A DNA stretch of 64,000 nucleotides, from assembly GCA_035447945.1 (NCBI GenBank), contig DAOTHZ010000001.1:1362-65361 (forward strand), read 5' to 3'. A program made the position numbers and the translations under genes. Below are positions 10,431 through 18,544 of this stretch, one piece after another. Numbering within the stretch: position 1 is the stretch's first letter; each line of letters begins with the position of its first letter. Below the pieces are notes generated by a model. That model ran no database searches. It saw only the letters and a program-made list of their open reading frames with translations, and had not been told where the DNA came from. The stretch is from Syntrophomonas sp. (lineage in GTDB: Bacteria > Bacillota > Syntrophomonadia > Syntrophomonadales > Syntrophomonadaceae).

Positions 10431-12047
10431 TTACACCCCTGTTATGTTTGAACCGCGAGCAATTTTCATGAGTTCAAGCATCTCAAAATGAGAAGGATTC
10501 ATGCGCTGCGGCCTTTTCCCAAACAACTCCTGGTATCGGTCAATTGTGCCAGTGGGGAGGATGGTAATTTGCAAGGGCTCAATTCCCAGCAACGATTTCA
10601 GATCCTTGTAATCACTGTCGATATAACGGAAATAAATGGCCAAATGTTCAGTGATAATGTCCCGGGTCAAACCGTAGTGAATACCCTCCGGACTGACTTC
10701 GACATACAGATGCATAAAAGCTGTGTTACTTTCATCAAATTGCTTCAAGGCACACCAATCATGGATATCCAGCTTGGACAAGGTTAGGGCCTCATTTATT
10801 GTCGCTTCGGAAATGCGGGTAAAACCGGCAATATCGATCAGATTCGGCTCTCGATCAAGATAAACAAATTGGGGTAAACGCAAATCATCCTGTTCGTTAT
10901 ACAGAGAAATGCATTTAAATATATCTCCGACCCGGTATCGGGCAAAGGCTCCTCCTTTTAAGTTGGAGATGACCAGTTCGTATTTCATTCCTTCCTGCAG
11001 TTCATCCATCAAATAAGTGCGCGGGACATAATCTGGGTCTTCCAGGTTTTTTTCCACCTCCGGCCAGGGGATGAATTCATAAAAACAAACATCAGGAAAA
11101 AAAACCAGGCCATTTTTGCTCCAGGTTTCAGTCGCCATACAGGTGGTTTCGGTGCCGCCGAATATTTCCAGAGGCCGAATGCCCCAGTTTGCTTCGATTT
11201 TGGCTTTATAACCGGCTGAATCCGTTCCGGCGCAGATGAGCCCTTTCAGATTCCAAATATCTTTGGGTCGAATTGGTACTTTCTCCTCGAGACGGTTGGT
11301 CCATGCCTTGAGCATGCGGTAATTCATTTTTAGAGAATTGTTCAGCGGATTAATCTTGTCACCGGTACCGCCCCCGGAAGCAAACTGTTCGCCGATTTTT
11401 GCGATTACGCTGCTGAGTCCGAAGAAAAGGTCCACTCCTTGTTGCATGCCCAGTTTAAATCCTAGTTTGTTTCTGCCGCTGAAACTCAAGGAAACAGCTT
11501 CTTTTTCCGATGGCAACCAATTAACCGATATTTCATCCTGCATTATCAACGGGGCCAGTCCTGTAAGATAAGGCAACGGCGCCATGCCATAGAGAAAATT
11601 TTCCCCGCCGCGCAGACTAAATTGTCCTTTTTGCGTGCTGGTAGAGAGTATTAAACAAGTAATGAAACTGCTTTTATGGCATTTGATCATACTTTCGGTA
11701 TAAGGAGCTACCTTGATGGGATTTTTTGCTCCTTCCCAGGTGGTTTCGATCCACAGCAAAGGTTTGGCAGGAAGGACAGACGCTGCACGCAACAATAACA
11801 GATCAGCATAATCCTCATAGCGAGTCAACGGTACTACCTGTCGATATTCATCAATACTGGATGGTTTGGCACCTTTCATGATCCGTCTGCCCAGTTCGCA
11901 GCGGGAATACATTTCGATCTGTTCCAGCATCAGCCGGTTCTGGATGTCCATATACTCATCGATGGAAAAATCCAAAAAGCCGCAATACGTATGCCAGATT
12001 CTCTCGTATTGCTTATCTTTCAGAAGTTGATCTAAATTCATAGCCAT
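10431..12047 (-). CDS. GH3-family-like adenylate-forming enzyme (acyl-acid amido synthetase-like, ANL superfamily)
   Basis: 538 aa. FGGTETT (acyl-adenylate motif region) and RYRVGD (GH3/ANL YRxGD motif). The N-terminal region resembles bacterial GH3 proteins. An alternative start ATG at 12041 has better SD spacing. Confidence 0.55.
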   Translation of the reverse strand: MAMNLDQLLKDKQYERIWHTYCGFLDFSIDEYMDIQNRLMLEQIEMYSRCELGRRIMKGAKPSSIDEYRQVVPLTRYEDYADLLLLRAASVLPAKPLLWIETTWEGAKNPIKVAPYTESMIKCHKSSFITCLILSTSTQKGQFSLRGGENFLYGMAPLPYLTGLAPLIMQDEISVNWLPSEKEAVSLSFSGRNKLGFKLGMQQGVDLFFGLSSVIAKIGEQFASGGGTGDKINPLNNSLKMNYRMLKAWTNRLEEKVPIRPKDIWNLKGLICAGTDSAGYKAKIEANWGIRPLEIFGGTETTCMATETWSKNGLVFFPDVCFYEFIPWPEVEKNLEDPDYVPRTYLMDELQEGMKYELVISNLKGGAFARYRVGDIFKCISLYNEQDDLRLPQFVYLDREPNLIDIAGFTRISEATINEALTLSKLDIHDWCALKQFDESNTAFMHLYVEVSPEGIHYGLTRDIITEHLAIYFRYIDSDYKDLKSLLGIEPLQITILPTGTIDRYQELFGKRPQRMNPSHFEMLELMKIARGSNITGV

Positions 12048-12076
12048 TCTCCCTGACGTAGGGTATTTTGGTCCAT

Positions 12077-12718
12077 TTATTGATACGATTCAGTGACGGC
12101 AGTAACAATAAAGTAGGTGCGGGCCACCAATTCCCAATCAATATGCTTAAATCCACTTGCATCCAGCATTTGTTCCATTTCCTCAGGTGAATATATCCTT
12201 ACATCACCCTTCGTGTTGAAAGGTGATTGTAAATAATAGTTGATCGCCTGACGCAGCTTCTTTGGCCACCAAGGGTCGGCAATCACCAGTCGGCCGCCCG
12301 GTTTTAATACCCGGTACATTTCCTTCAAGGATTGTATGGGGTTGGGATAATGGTGAAAGGCCGCGTTGCAAACGGCCAGGTCAAATATGTCATCGTTCCA
12401 GGGCAGGTTATCAGCATCCCCGACCCGCAAATCAGCATTTGTTCCCAGCTTTATTTGGGCTTGCTTGATCATTTGCTCGGACAAATCAATTCCGCAAGCT
12501 TTCATATGGGGCTGTTCTTTTCCAAGTATTGCCAGCATAACTCCGGAGCCGCAGCCAACATCCAGCAGCGACTCAAAAGGCTGCTCGCTGATTTTTTCGA
12601 GAACCTGCGCATACATTTGCTGACAGTATTGACCGTCCCAGGTCAGCTCATAGTTAAACGCAGATTTATCAAAATAGCGCCTGCTTTTTTCTTTATGTTT
12701 TTGTTGTGCCAAATTCAT
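12077..12718 (-). CDS. Class I SAM-dependent methyltransferase (Methyltransf_11-like)
   Basis: Motif I LLDVGCGSGVM, acidic loop GIDLSEQM, motif post-II DLAVCNAAFHH. The ATG directly abuts the stop of the upstream gene. Confidence 0.8.
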   Translation of the reverse strand: MNLAQQKHKEKSRRYFDKSAFNYELTWDGQYCQQMYAQVLEKISEQPFESLLDVGCGSGVMLAILGKEQPHMKACGIDLSEQMIKQAQIKLGTNADLRVGDADNLPWNDDIFDLAVCNAAFHHYPNPIQSLKEMYRVLKPGGRLVIADPWWPKKLRQAINYYLQSPFNTKGDVRIYSPEEMEQMLDASGFKHIDWELVARTYFIVTAVTESYQ

Positions 12719-13294
12719 TTAATCACCTTTTCCCAGCAAAGACGCCAGACTATGTTGAAGACTGGTAAGGTTCGGTATTATAAAGGGTACTTGCTGTTGA
12801 TAAATGTGGTAGTCTTCCAGTATAATGGGAAAAATCCAGCGATCCTGAATATAAACATAAACGATATCAAGCAGCGTCCATATTATGGCAGCAATCAACA
12901 ATAGTTGGTTATTAAAGGCCAATCCGCTCAGGCAATAAAAGAGGAAAAACCATAATACTCCCGGATGTCTGCAAAGAGCGTACATTCCTGTGGTAACAAC
13001 GGTATTCCCCTTTTGCGTTTCCAGGTAGGTCTTTTTAAATGAGACTGCACCAAAAATTGTATAAATCATCAATAGCAAAACCAGGATGGCCAAAATCAGC
13101 GCCAACCATTGCCATAATGTCGAAATCCGTATGCTGTGAGGGCTAATGATGATTGCCATGGTTGAAAATGCCAGGATGAAACTTCCCAGTACAACCAGAA
13201 TATTCATGTTTTTGCTGATGAATCTGATTTTGTTAAGATCAAATATGGCAAAACAGATAAAGGCCAGACTACCGGCAAAAATAAAAGACACCAT
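12719..13294 (-). CDS. Membrane methyltransferase of the isoprenylcysteine carboxyl methyltransferase / PEMT family
   Basis: Five hydrophobic helices. Signature TTGMYALCRHPGVLWFF and a C-terminal ..EDYHIYQQQVPFIIP resembling the ICMT/PEMT SAM-binding region. Confidence 0.6.
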   Translation of the reverse strand: MVSFIFAGSLAFICFAIFDLNKIRFISKNMNILVVLGSFILAFSTMAIIISPHSIRISTLWQWLALILAILVLLLMIYTIFGAVSFKKTYLETQKGNTVVTTGMYALCRHPGVLWFFLFYCLSGLAFNNQLLLIAAIIWTLLDIVYVYIQDRWIFPIILEDYHIYQQQVPFIIPNLTSLQHSLASLLGKGD

Positions 13295-13316
13295 TAAGCA
13301 CCTATGTTACAATATT

Positions 13317-13357
13317 CTGTAAATTACAGCATATTATATCTTGTTGCAAATTACAAG
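13317..13357 (-). promoter_or_regulatory. Candidate promoter/operator region of the ICMT-MT-GH3-GGDEF operon
   Basis: Minus-strand TATAAT lies at 13338-13333. It is flanked by the perfect palindrome CTGTAAATTACAG (13317-13329) just downstream and the dyad CTTGT-N8-ACAAG (13340-13357) just upstream. Confidence 0.35.
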
Positions 13358-13618
13358 TAATATCGTCAATTTCTTAAATAAAAACATTGTTTATTTTGGC
13401 TGTTATTAAGATACATCAAGACAGACTGTCGTATTTGAAAGAATTGTACTTTTTTACGTTGCAGGAACAATTCCTTGATGCAGTACTTCACCATAAATCT
13501 AATATTTCCTGCTTTTATATTGTTTTAAATGAAACATTCATGGATAAATCGGCTTATATTCAACCCATGATCCGTAGAATCCAGATTTGAAAAGCACTCC
13601 TGGATTCTCAATCGAGCA

Positions 13619-14779
13619 TCAGCCCGTTGCCGAATTGAAAATATTGCCATCCGTTTCTGCTGCGCTTGCCAGTGCCCAGGCAATTTCTGCTTTGACAATT
13701 CCTGAGGCATCCTGTGCAAATTGTCGCAGCGCTGCAATAGATGAGGCACCGCCAAGTTTGCCAAGTGCCCAGACAATCATGGCTTGCACGCGCTCATCAT
13801 CGTTTTCCGGGTAAGCGCTGATCAGAGCGGATACATATTGCCGATCACAACTGTTACCCATCACCCGGGCAACATTCATCTTCCAGCGCCAAATGTCGCG
13901 CGATGACATATAAAACATATGGGGTTGAATGTTTTGCTTAAAGTATTCCTTGTCCATGTGCAGCAGGCGAGGCAATTCAAACCAGACGGATTTTTGAAGG
14001 ACTCTTTCATTTTTCGGCAGTTCCTGGGCCAACCACGGTTCATTGCGCGGACAAACGCTTTGACAGCGGTCACAGCCGTATACCCACATCCCCATGGGTT
14101 CGCGAAGTTCACGAGGGGTAAGCTCCTCGCCGTAATAGGTTAGATAAGAGATGCAGCGCTGCGGATCAATTTTATTGGGACCCAATATAGCGCCGGTAGG
14201 GCAGGAAGCAATGCAAGCGTTGCGGCACCATTGGGGACAGGTAACCGCAATACTTGGTTCATCGGGGGCGAATTCCCCGTCGGTCAAGATTGCCACAGCA
14301 ACCACCCATGAGCTTTGGCGGGCTGTCCGGCTTGCATAGAAGAAATTGTTCTTGCCGAAGGTACCCAGACCGGCACGTGCTGCTGCCAGCCTTTGCGGAA
14401 GGTCGTTGGCTACTTTGGATTGGATACCGTTTTCTCTTAAATAATTGCGCAATTGTTTGATTTTTATGGCCAATCGATCCTTGGTTATTCGGTCATCGTC
14501 CAGATAACAACGCCCGAATTTACCGACCATGGAAGCAGGGAAAGAACCTTGGTAGTAGTTATCCAAAACCACAATCATGGATTTGGCTTCCGGCATGAGC
14601 AAGGAAGGAACCGTACCTTCGAGCAAATCCAGGCCTTTGTCTGATGTCCAACGGTAGTATTCGGCTCTTTCCTGCAAGAGTTGCTGTTGGGAAGAGAAAG
14701 GGTCAATTCCCGTGAAGCCGATGTCGGCAAAGCCAATCTCTCTTGCCGCAGCAGCGACCGCCCTTTTTAACGGCATCAT
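13619..14779 (-). CDS. queG: tRNA epoxyqueuosine(34) reductase
   Basis: N-terminus ...AREIGFADIGFTG, two ferredoxin-type Cys clusters (CPQWCRNACIASCP, CDRCQSVCP) and C-terminal HEAT-like repeats. SD GAGGAGG precedes the ATG at 14779. The upstream 29 codons of the ORF overlap a promoter and hairpin. Confidence 0.8.
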   Translation of the reverse strand: MMPLKRAVAAAAREIGFADIGFTGIDPFSSQQQLLQERAEYYRWTSDKGLDLLEGTVPSLLMPEAKSMIVVLDNYYQGSFPASMVGKFGRCYLDDDRITKDRLAIKIKQLRNYLRENGIQSKVANDLPQRLAAARAGLGTFGKNNFFYASRTARQSSWVVAVAILTDGEFAPDEPSIAVTCPQWCRNACIASCPTGAILGPNKIDPQRCISYLTYYGEELTPRELREPMGMWVYGCDRCQSVCPRNEPWLAQELPKNERVLQKSVWFELPRLLHMDKEYFKQNIQPHMFYMSSRDIWRWKMNVARVMGNSCDRQYVSALISAYPENDDERVQAMIVWALGKLGGASSIAALRQFAQDASGIVKAEIAWALASAAETDGNIFNSATG

Positions 14780-14854
14780 TTTGCCTCCTCTGCGCTTGTT
14801 AAGAACATTGTAACAAGTTGATCGACATATGCATAGAGATGTCATCTTGCCAAG

Positions 14855-14890
14855 AACCCCCGTCACTTTATCAGTAACCGGGGGTTTTAA
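14855..14890. terminator. Hairpin terminator downstream of the fur-family gene
   Basis: Stem cccccg/cggggg (14857-14862/14879-14884), flanked by AA and TTTT. Confidence 0.4.
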
Positions 14891-14971
14891 GGAGAGGAGT
14901 ATTTAAAAATTTTTATATGATATGTTCCAAACCTTGCCGTTTTAGTCCTGTTGCGAACGGCTGAGGTCATT

Positions 14972-15418
14972 TTAATTGATTTGCTTGTTTCGATTCTCAA
15001 TACAGATCGGACAGACGCCCTTAAAGTAAACCCGACTTTCGTTGACTTCAAAACCATCCAGCCCGGATATTCCAAGCTGGGTCACTTCAATATGAATGTC
15101 ATAGATTTTGCTGCAATGGGCACATTGAAAATGAGCGTGCAAAGAAATATCGGCATCATACCGATTTTCGTTTTCCTCCAGGTTGAGCATATTGATTATA
15201 CCTCTTTCTACAAACAAATTCAGTGTATTATACAACGTGGTTTTCGATAGTGTAGGAATCTCGTCCAACAGTTCGCGATAGATCATATCCACGGTAGGAT
15301 GATTCTTGTGTTCCGTTAAATACCTCAAAATTCTAAGGCGATGATGCGACGGTTTAATGTTGTGCATTGTCAATATTCGTTCCAGATTTTTTAAATCCAC
15401 TGCCATTGCGTCTGCCAT
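14972..15418 (-). CDS. Fur family transcriptional regulator (PerR-like)
   Basis: Winged-helix region HHRLRILRYL...HPTVDMIY, metal-site HAH motif and two CxxC pairs (CAHC, CPIC). The spacing of His/Asp ligands resembles PerR. Confidence 0.8.
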   Translation of the reverse strand: MADAMAVDLKNLERILTMHNIKPSHHRLRILRYLTEHKNHPTVDMIYRELLDEIPTLSKTTLYNTLNLFVERGIINMLNLEENENRYDADISLHAHFQCAHCSKIYDIHIEVTQLGISGLDGFEVNESRVYFKGVCPICIENRNKQIN

Positions 15419-15440
15419 CCTTTTGATATGGTTTTAAATA

Positions 15441-15453
15441 TGTAATCATTACA
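15441..15453. promoter_or_regulatory. Fur/PerR/Zur-type inverted repeat in the divergent fur-family/cca promoter region
   Basis: Perfect 6-1-6 palindrome TGTAAT-C-ATTACA. Compare the 7-1-7 Fur-family boxes (TnATAAT-N-ATTATnA). It lies 23 bp upstream of the regulator's start codon. Confidence 0.55.
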
Positions 15454-15589
15454 GATGATTGTAATTTTTGCAGCCAAGCTTGTCAAGACGGATTCATGCG
15501 ATTACTAAAATAACCTGCTTGCTGCCTGTGGTAAAATGTCTACAAGGAAGCTTACACAGACGATTCGATTCTTCAAGGAGTAAATTTAC

Positions 15590-16900
15590 ATGAAAGACTG
15601 GCCCGAATATATACGATTTATTTTTGATAAACTGTTGGCTCACGGATACGAAGTTTTTGCCGTGGGTGGCTGTGTCCGGGATATGATAGCGGGTATCAAA
15701 CCTCAGGACTATGATATGGTTTGTTCAGCCTCGCTTGAACAGATCAGCCAAATCTTTAGCCGTACGCTGACGGTTGGTGCCAGATATGGAACCGTGATCG
15801 TGCTGATTGATCGTCACCCGGTGGAACTGAGCACATATCGGAAAGTTGAGTTAAACCAGAAGGTTACGGCTTTGGAAATGGATCTGGCTGGACGGGACTT
15901 TAGCATCAATGCCATGGCTATGGATGTAAACGGAATAATATATGATCCCTGGGGAGGCCAGGCTGATTTAAAAGCTGGCTTGATCAGGGCGACTGGTGAT
16001 CGGGCGGAGGTGTTGTTTGCCGATGATCCGCTGCGCATGATGCGGGCCATTCGCTTTTCGGTGACGTACGACTATCAGATTGCGGAGTCGACGTGTGCGG
16101 CCTTATTAAAACTGAATCATCTTTTGGCAGGGATTGCTTGGGAACGGATTAGGGAAGAATTGAACCGCATCCTTACCTCTGACCGGCCGGCGCAAGGAAT
16201 CAGAAAATTGCAGACCGGTGGACTTATGGCTTATATTATTCCGGAATTGGAAGTCATGGTGGGTTTTGACCAGAGGAATTTCCGCCACAACAAGGATTTA
16301 TTTGAACACAGTCTGGCTGTACTGGAAGGTGTGCCTGGCCAAATTGATGTTCGTCTGGCAGCGCTTTTACATGACATTGGCAAACCGGCTTGTTTTACGA
16401 TTGACGAGAATGGCGTTGGACATTTTTACAATCATCATCAGGCCGGGATGGAGATGACCCGGAGGATCCTTGAACGGCTAAAATATGACCAGCAGACTAT
16501 CACCAATGTCTCCCTTTTGGTGGGTTCGCACATGACCCGTTATGCAAAGCTGAGAAACTCTTCGTTGAAACAATTAATCAAGCAAGTCGGAGAAGACAAG
16601 CTGGACAGCTTGTATACTTTGCAAAGAGCTGATATCATGGCGTCAGCTCCGCCGTTTGATTTTTCCGAATTGGACAAAATGCAGCAGGCAATCGATTTTA
16701 TTCTAGATACGAACCAGCCGCTGTCGATCAAAGATTTGGCCGTCAGCGGGACGGATTTGCTGACCATCGGTTACGCTCCCGGCCCCTTTTTGGGGGAAAC
16801 ACTGCAAAGACTTTTGGAGTTCGTGTTGGAAGATCCAAGCCAAAATCAGCGTGAATTACTGCTGCATATGGCAAGCGTCTGGAAAGATCAACAACTATAG
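15590..16900 (+). CDS. cca: CCA-adding tRNA nucleotidyltransferase with HD domain
   Basis: GGCVRD nucleotidyltransferase motif, RDFSINA, DDPLRMMRAIRF and an HD motif (LLHDIGKP). Confidence 0.85.
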   Translation: MKDWPEYIRFIFDKLLAHGYEVFAVGGCVRDMIAGIKPQDYDMVCSASLEQISQIFSRTLTVGARYGTVIVLIDRHPVELSTYRKVELNQKVTALEMDLAGRDFSINAMAMDVNGIIYDPWGGQADLKAGLIRATGDRAEVLFADDPLRMMRAIRFSVTYDYQIAESTCAALLKLNHLLAGIAWERIREELNRILTSDRPAQGIRKLQTGGLMAYIIPELEVMVGFDQRNFRHNKDLFEHSLAVLEGVPGQIDVRLAALLHDIGKPACFTIDENGVGHFYNHHQAGMEMTRRILERLKYDQQTITNVSLLVGSHMTRYAKLRNSSLKQLIKQVGEDKLDSLYTLQRADIMASAPPFDFSELDKMQQAIDFILDTNQPLSIKDLAVSGTDLLTIGYAPGPFLGETLQRLLEFVLEDPSQNQRELLLHMASVWKDQQL

Positions 16901-16934
16901 TAAAAGTTTTTTCGTTGGCCTGGGCCGGGCCGGG

Positions 16935-17372
16935 TTACTCGTCGAAACCGGGAATGGTATGCAAATCGATTTTGCTCTTCATAAAATCGCCCCGGCCGAG
17001 CGCAATCAACTGGCCTTTCTCATTATACAGGCTCGATTCGCCGATAAATAAATTGCTGGAGCTGTGTTTGACTTTACCCAGGGCGGTTATGATTCCGCTC
17101 TGCACCGGTCGCAGAAACTGTGTGTTAAAAGAAACAGTATAAACCATGGCATCAGTAACGGTTGAATTGACGGCAAAAAAAGCAGCATCATCCAACAATC
17201 TGAAATAGCCTGAGCCATGTAGTGCTCCTGCCCCGTGATGATGGCGCGGGCTAACCCGGGTAGAGATCTCTGCCCGTCCTTCGCTGATTCGAATGGTGGT
17301 TTCGTCGTAAAGGGCGACATTATAGGGCGCACATAAATAGATATGTTCCAGTCTCCTGTAATGGTCGTTCAT
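16935..17372 (-). CDS. PaaI-family hotdog-fold thioesterase
   Basis: 145 aa. HHGAGALHGSGYFRLLDDAA region typical of PaaI/YbdB thioesterases. Confidence 0.65.
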   Translation of the reverse strand: MNDHYRRLEHIYLCAPYNVALYDETTIRISEGRAEISTRVSPRHHHGAGALHGSGYFRLLDDAAFFAVNSTVTDAMVYTVSFNTQFLRPVQSGIITALGKVKHSSSNLFIGESSLYNEKGQLIALGRGDFMKSKIDLHTIPGFDE

Positions 17373-17630
17373 TTTGGTTTGCTCCCTTGCTTAAGGTGTT
17401 ATTGGTATTATCTGTAGTTTACCATTTATTGCTGCACAAAATCAGGGTCAAATCTTTTTGTGAAAAATTCCTCAACGATCAGCCCGGGGCTTTATCGAAA
17501 AAACTGTTTTGGTTTTGCGGTTTTCCCGGTGAATACATGCTAAAATAAGGAATAAAAACGTAGGAAAAAATGTGCTGGAAGTATCGGTCAGCAACCCGAT
17601 AAAGCCAAAAGGAGTCAGGGAGGTTATAGG

Positions 17631-18104
17631 ATGGCAGAGGATAGACAATTTGTAGTGTTCAAGTTAGTCCATGATGATCAGGTTTCAGAATATGCCGTTC
17701 CGATCTCCAACGTGCAGGAGATCATTCCCCTGCCGGAGCCGATTCGATTGCCGCAGGTCCCGGACTTTATTGAAGGAATTATCAATCTGCGTGGCACGAT
17801 CATACCGATCATCGATTTAAAAAAGAGATTCGAACTGGGAAATTCAGTGGAAGTCAAGGATAAACGCAGCATTATCATTGATTTGGCCGGACAGATCGTC
17901 GGCATTATTGTTGATGAGGTCAATGAGGTGTTGCGATTGTCGGAAGACAAAATTGAAGCCCCACCGGCTGTCATCAGCGGCATTGCGTCGGAATACTTGA
18001 TTGGAGTGGGGAAGCTGGCGGACAGACTGTTGATTATTCTTGACGTGGAAAAGGTTTTTAATGAATGGGAAAAAGATGTTTTAAAGAGTGCCTGCTCAGC
18101 TTGA
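17631..18104 (+). CDS. cheW: Chemotaxis coupling protein CheW
   Basis: 157 aa. IINLRGTIIPIIDLKKRF and IVGIIVDEVNEVL motifs typical of the CheW domain. Confidence 0.85.
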   Translation: MAEDRQFVVFKLVHDDQVSEYAVPISNVQEIIPLPEPIRLPQVPDFIEGIINLRGTIIPIIDLKKRFELGNSVEVKDKRSIIIDLAGQIVGIIVDEVNEVLRLSEDKIEAPPAVISGIASEYLIGVGKLADRLLIILDVEKVFNEWEKDVLKSACSA

Positions 18105-18171
18105 GATAAAAATCCCCCCCTGAAATCACCCATGGTTTCAGGGATTTCTCTTTCATGAACGAGGTGATGTT

Positions 18172-18540
18172 TTGCGAATCGGAATTGATATCGTTGATAT
18201 TGACAGGGTGGAAGCAGCGGTGAAGAGAACGCCGCGTTTCCTCAGCCGGGTATTTACAGTTGGTGAATTGGATTATTGCCTGGCCAAACGGAATCCCTAC
18301 CCATCACTAGCGGTTCGGTTTGCGGCCAAAGAAGCTTTCCGTAAAATAGATCAGTACTTTTGCCAGGGAATACGTTTTCAGGATGTGGAAGTCGCTGTTC
18401 GGGAAGGTGGACGGCCCGAACTGGTTTTGCATGCCCAGGCGCTGGCCCGCACAAAAGAAATCGGGATTGACCGCTGGGAAATGTCGCTGGCGCATTCACG
18501 CAATCAGGCAATCGCAGCCATTATTGCTTACGGGGAGTGA
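18172..18540 (+). CDS. acpS: Holo-[acyl-carrier-protein] synthase
   Basis: TTG start. IGIDIVDIDRV and FAAKEAFRK motifs. 122 aa. Confidence 0.9.
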   Translation: MRIGIDIVDIDRVEAAVKRTPRFLSRVFTVGELDYCLAKRNPYPSLAVRFAAKEAFRKIDQYFCQGIRFQDVEVAVREGGRPELVLHAQALARTKEIGIDRWEMSLAHSRNQAIAAIIAYGE

Positions 18541-18544
18541 GTAT

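Noticed and set aside
13387-13590. 67-aa plus-strand ORF in the AT-rich spacer between queG and the ICMT-like gene
   Set aside because: It has a TTG start without an SD, an AT-rich low-complexity translation, and it overlaps the predicted promoter region and hairpin. Probably non-coding.
13295-13618. c-di-GMP (GEMM) riboswitch ahead of the c-di-GMP-related operon, and ahead of 26611
   Set aside because: I found no ACGCAAAGC-like core or the paired GNRA/receptor hairpins by eye. A covariance-model scan would be the decisive test.
14780-14866. N-terminal 29-codon extension of queG in the ORF track
   Set aside because: The extension contains a promoter-like TGtTACAAT and overlaps a GC-rich hairpin. 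A strong GAGGAGG SD precedes the internal ATG at 14779, which gives the family-typical N-terminus.
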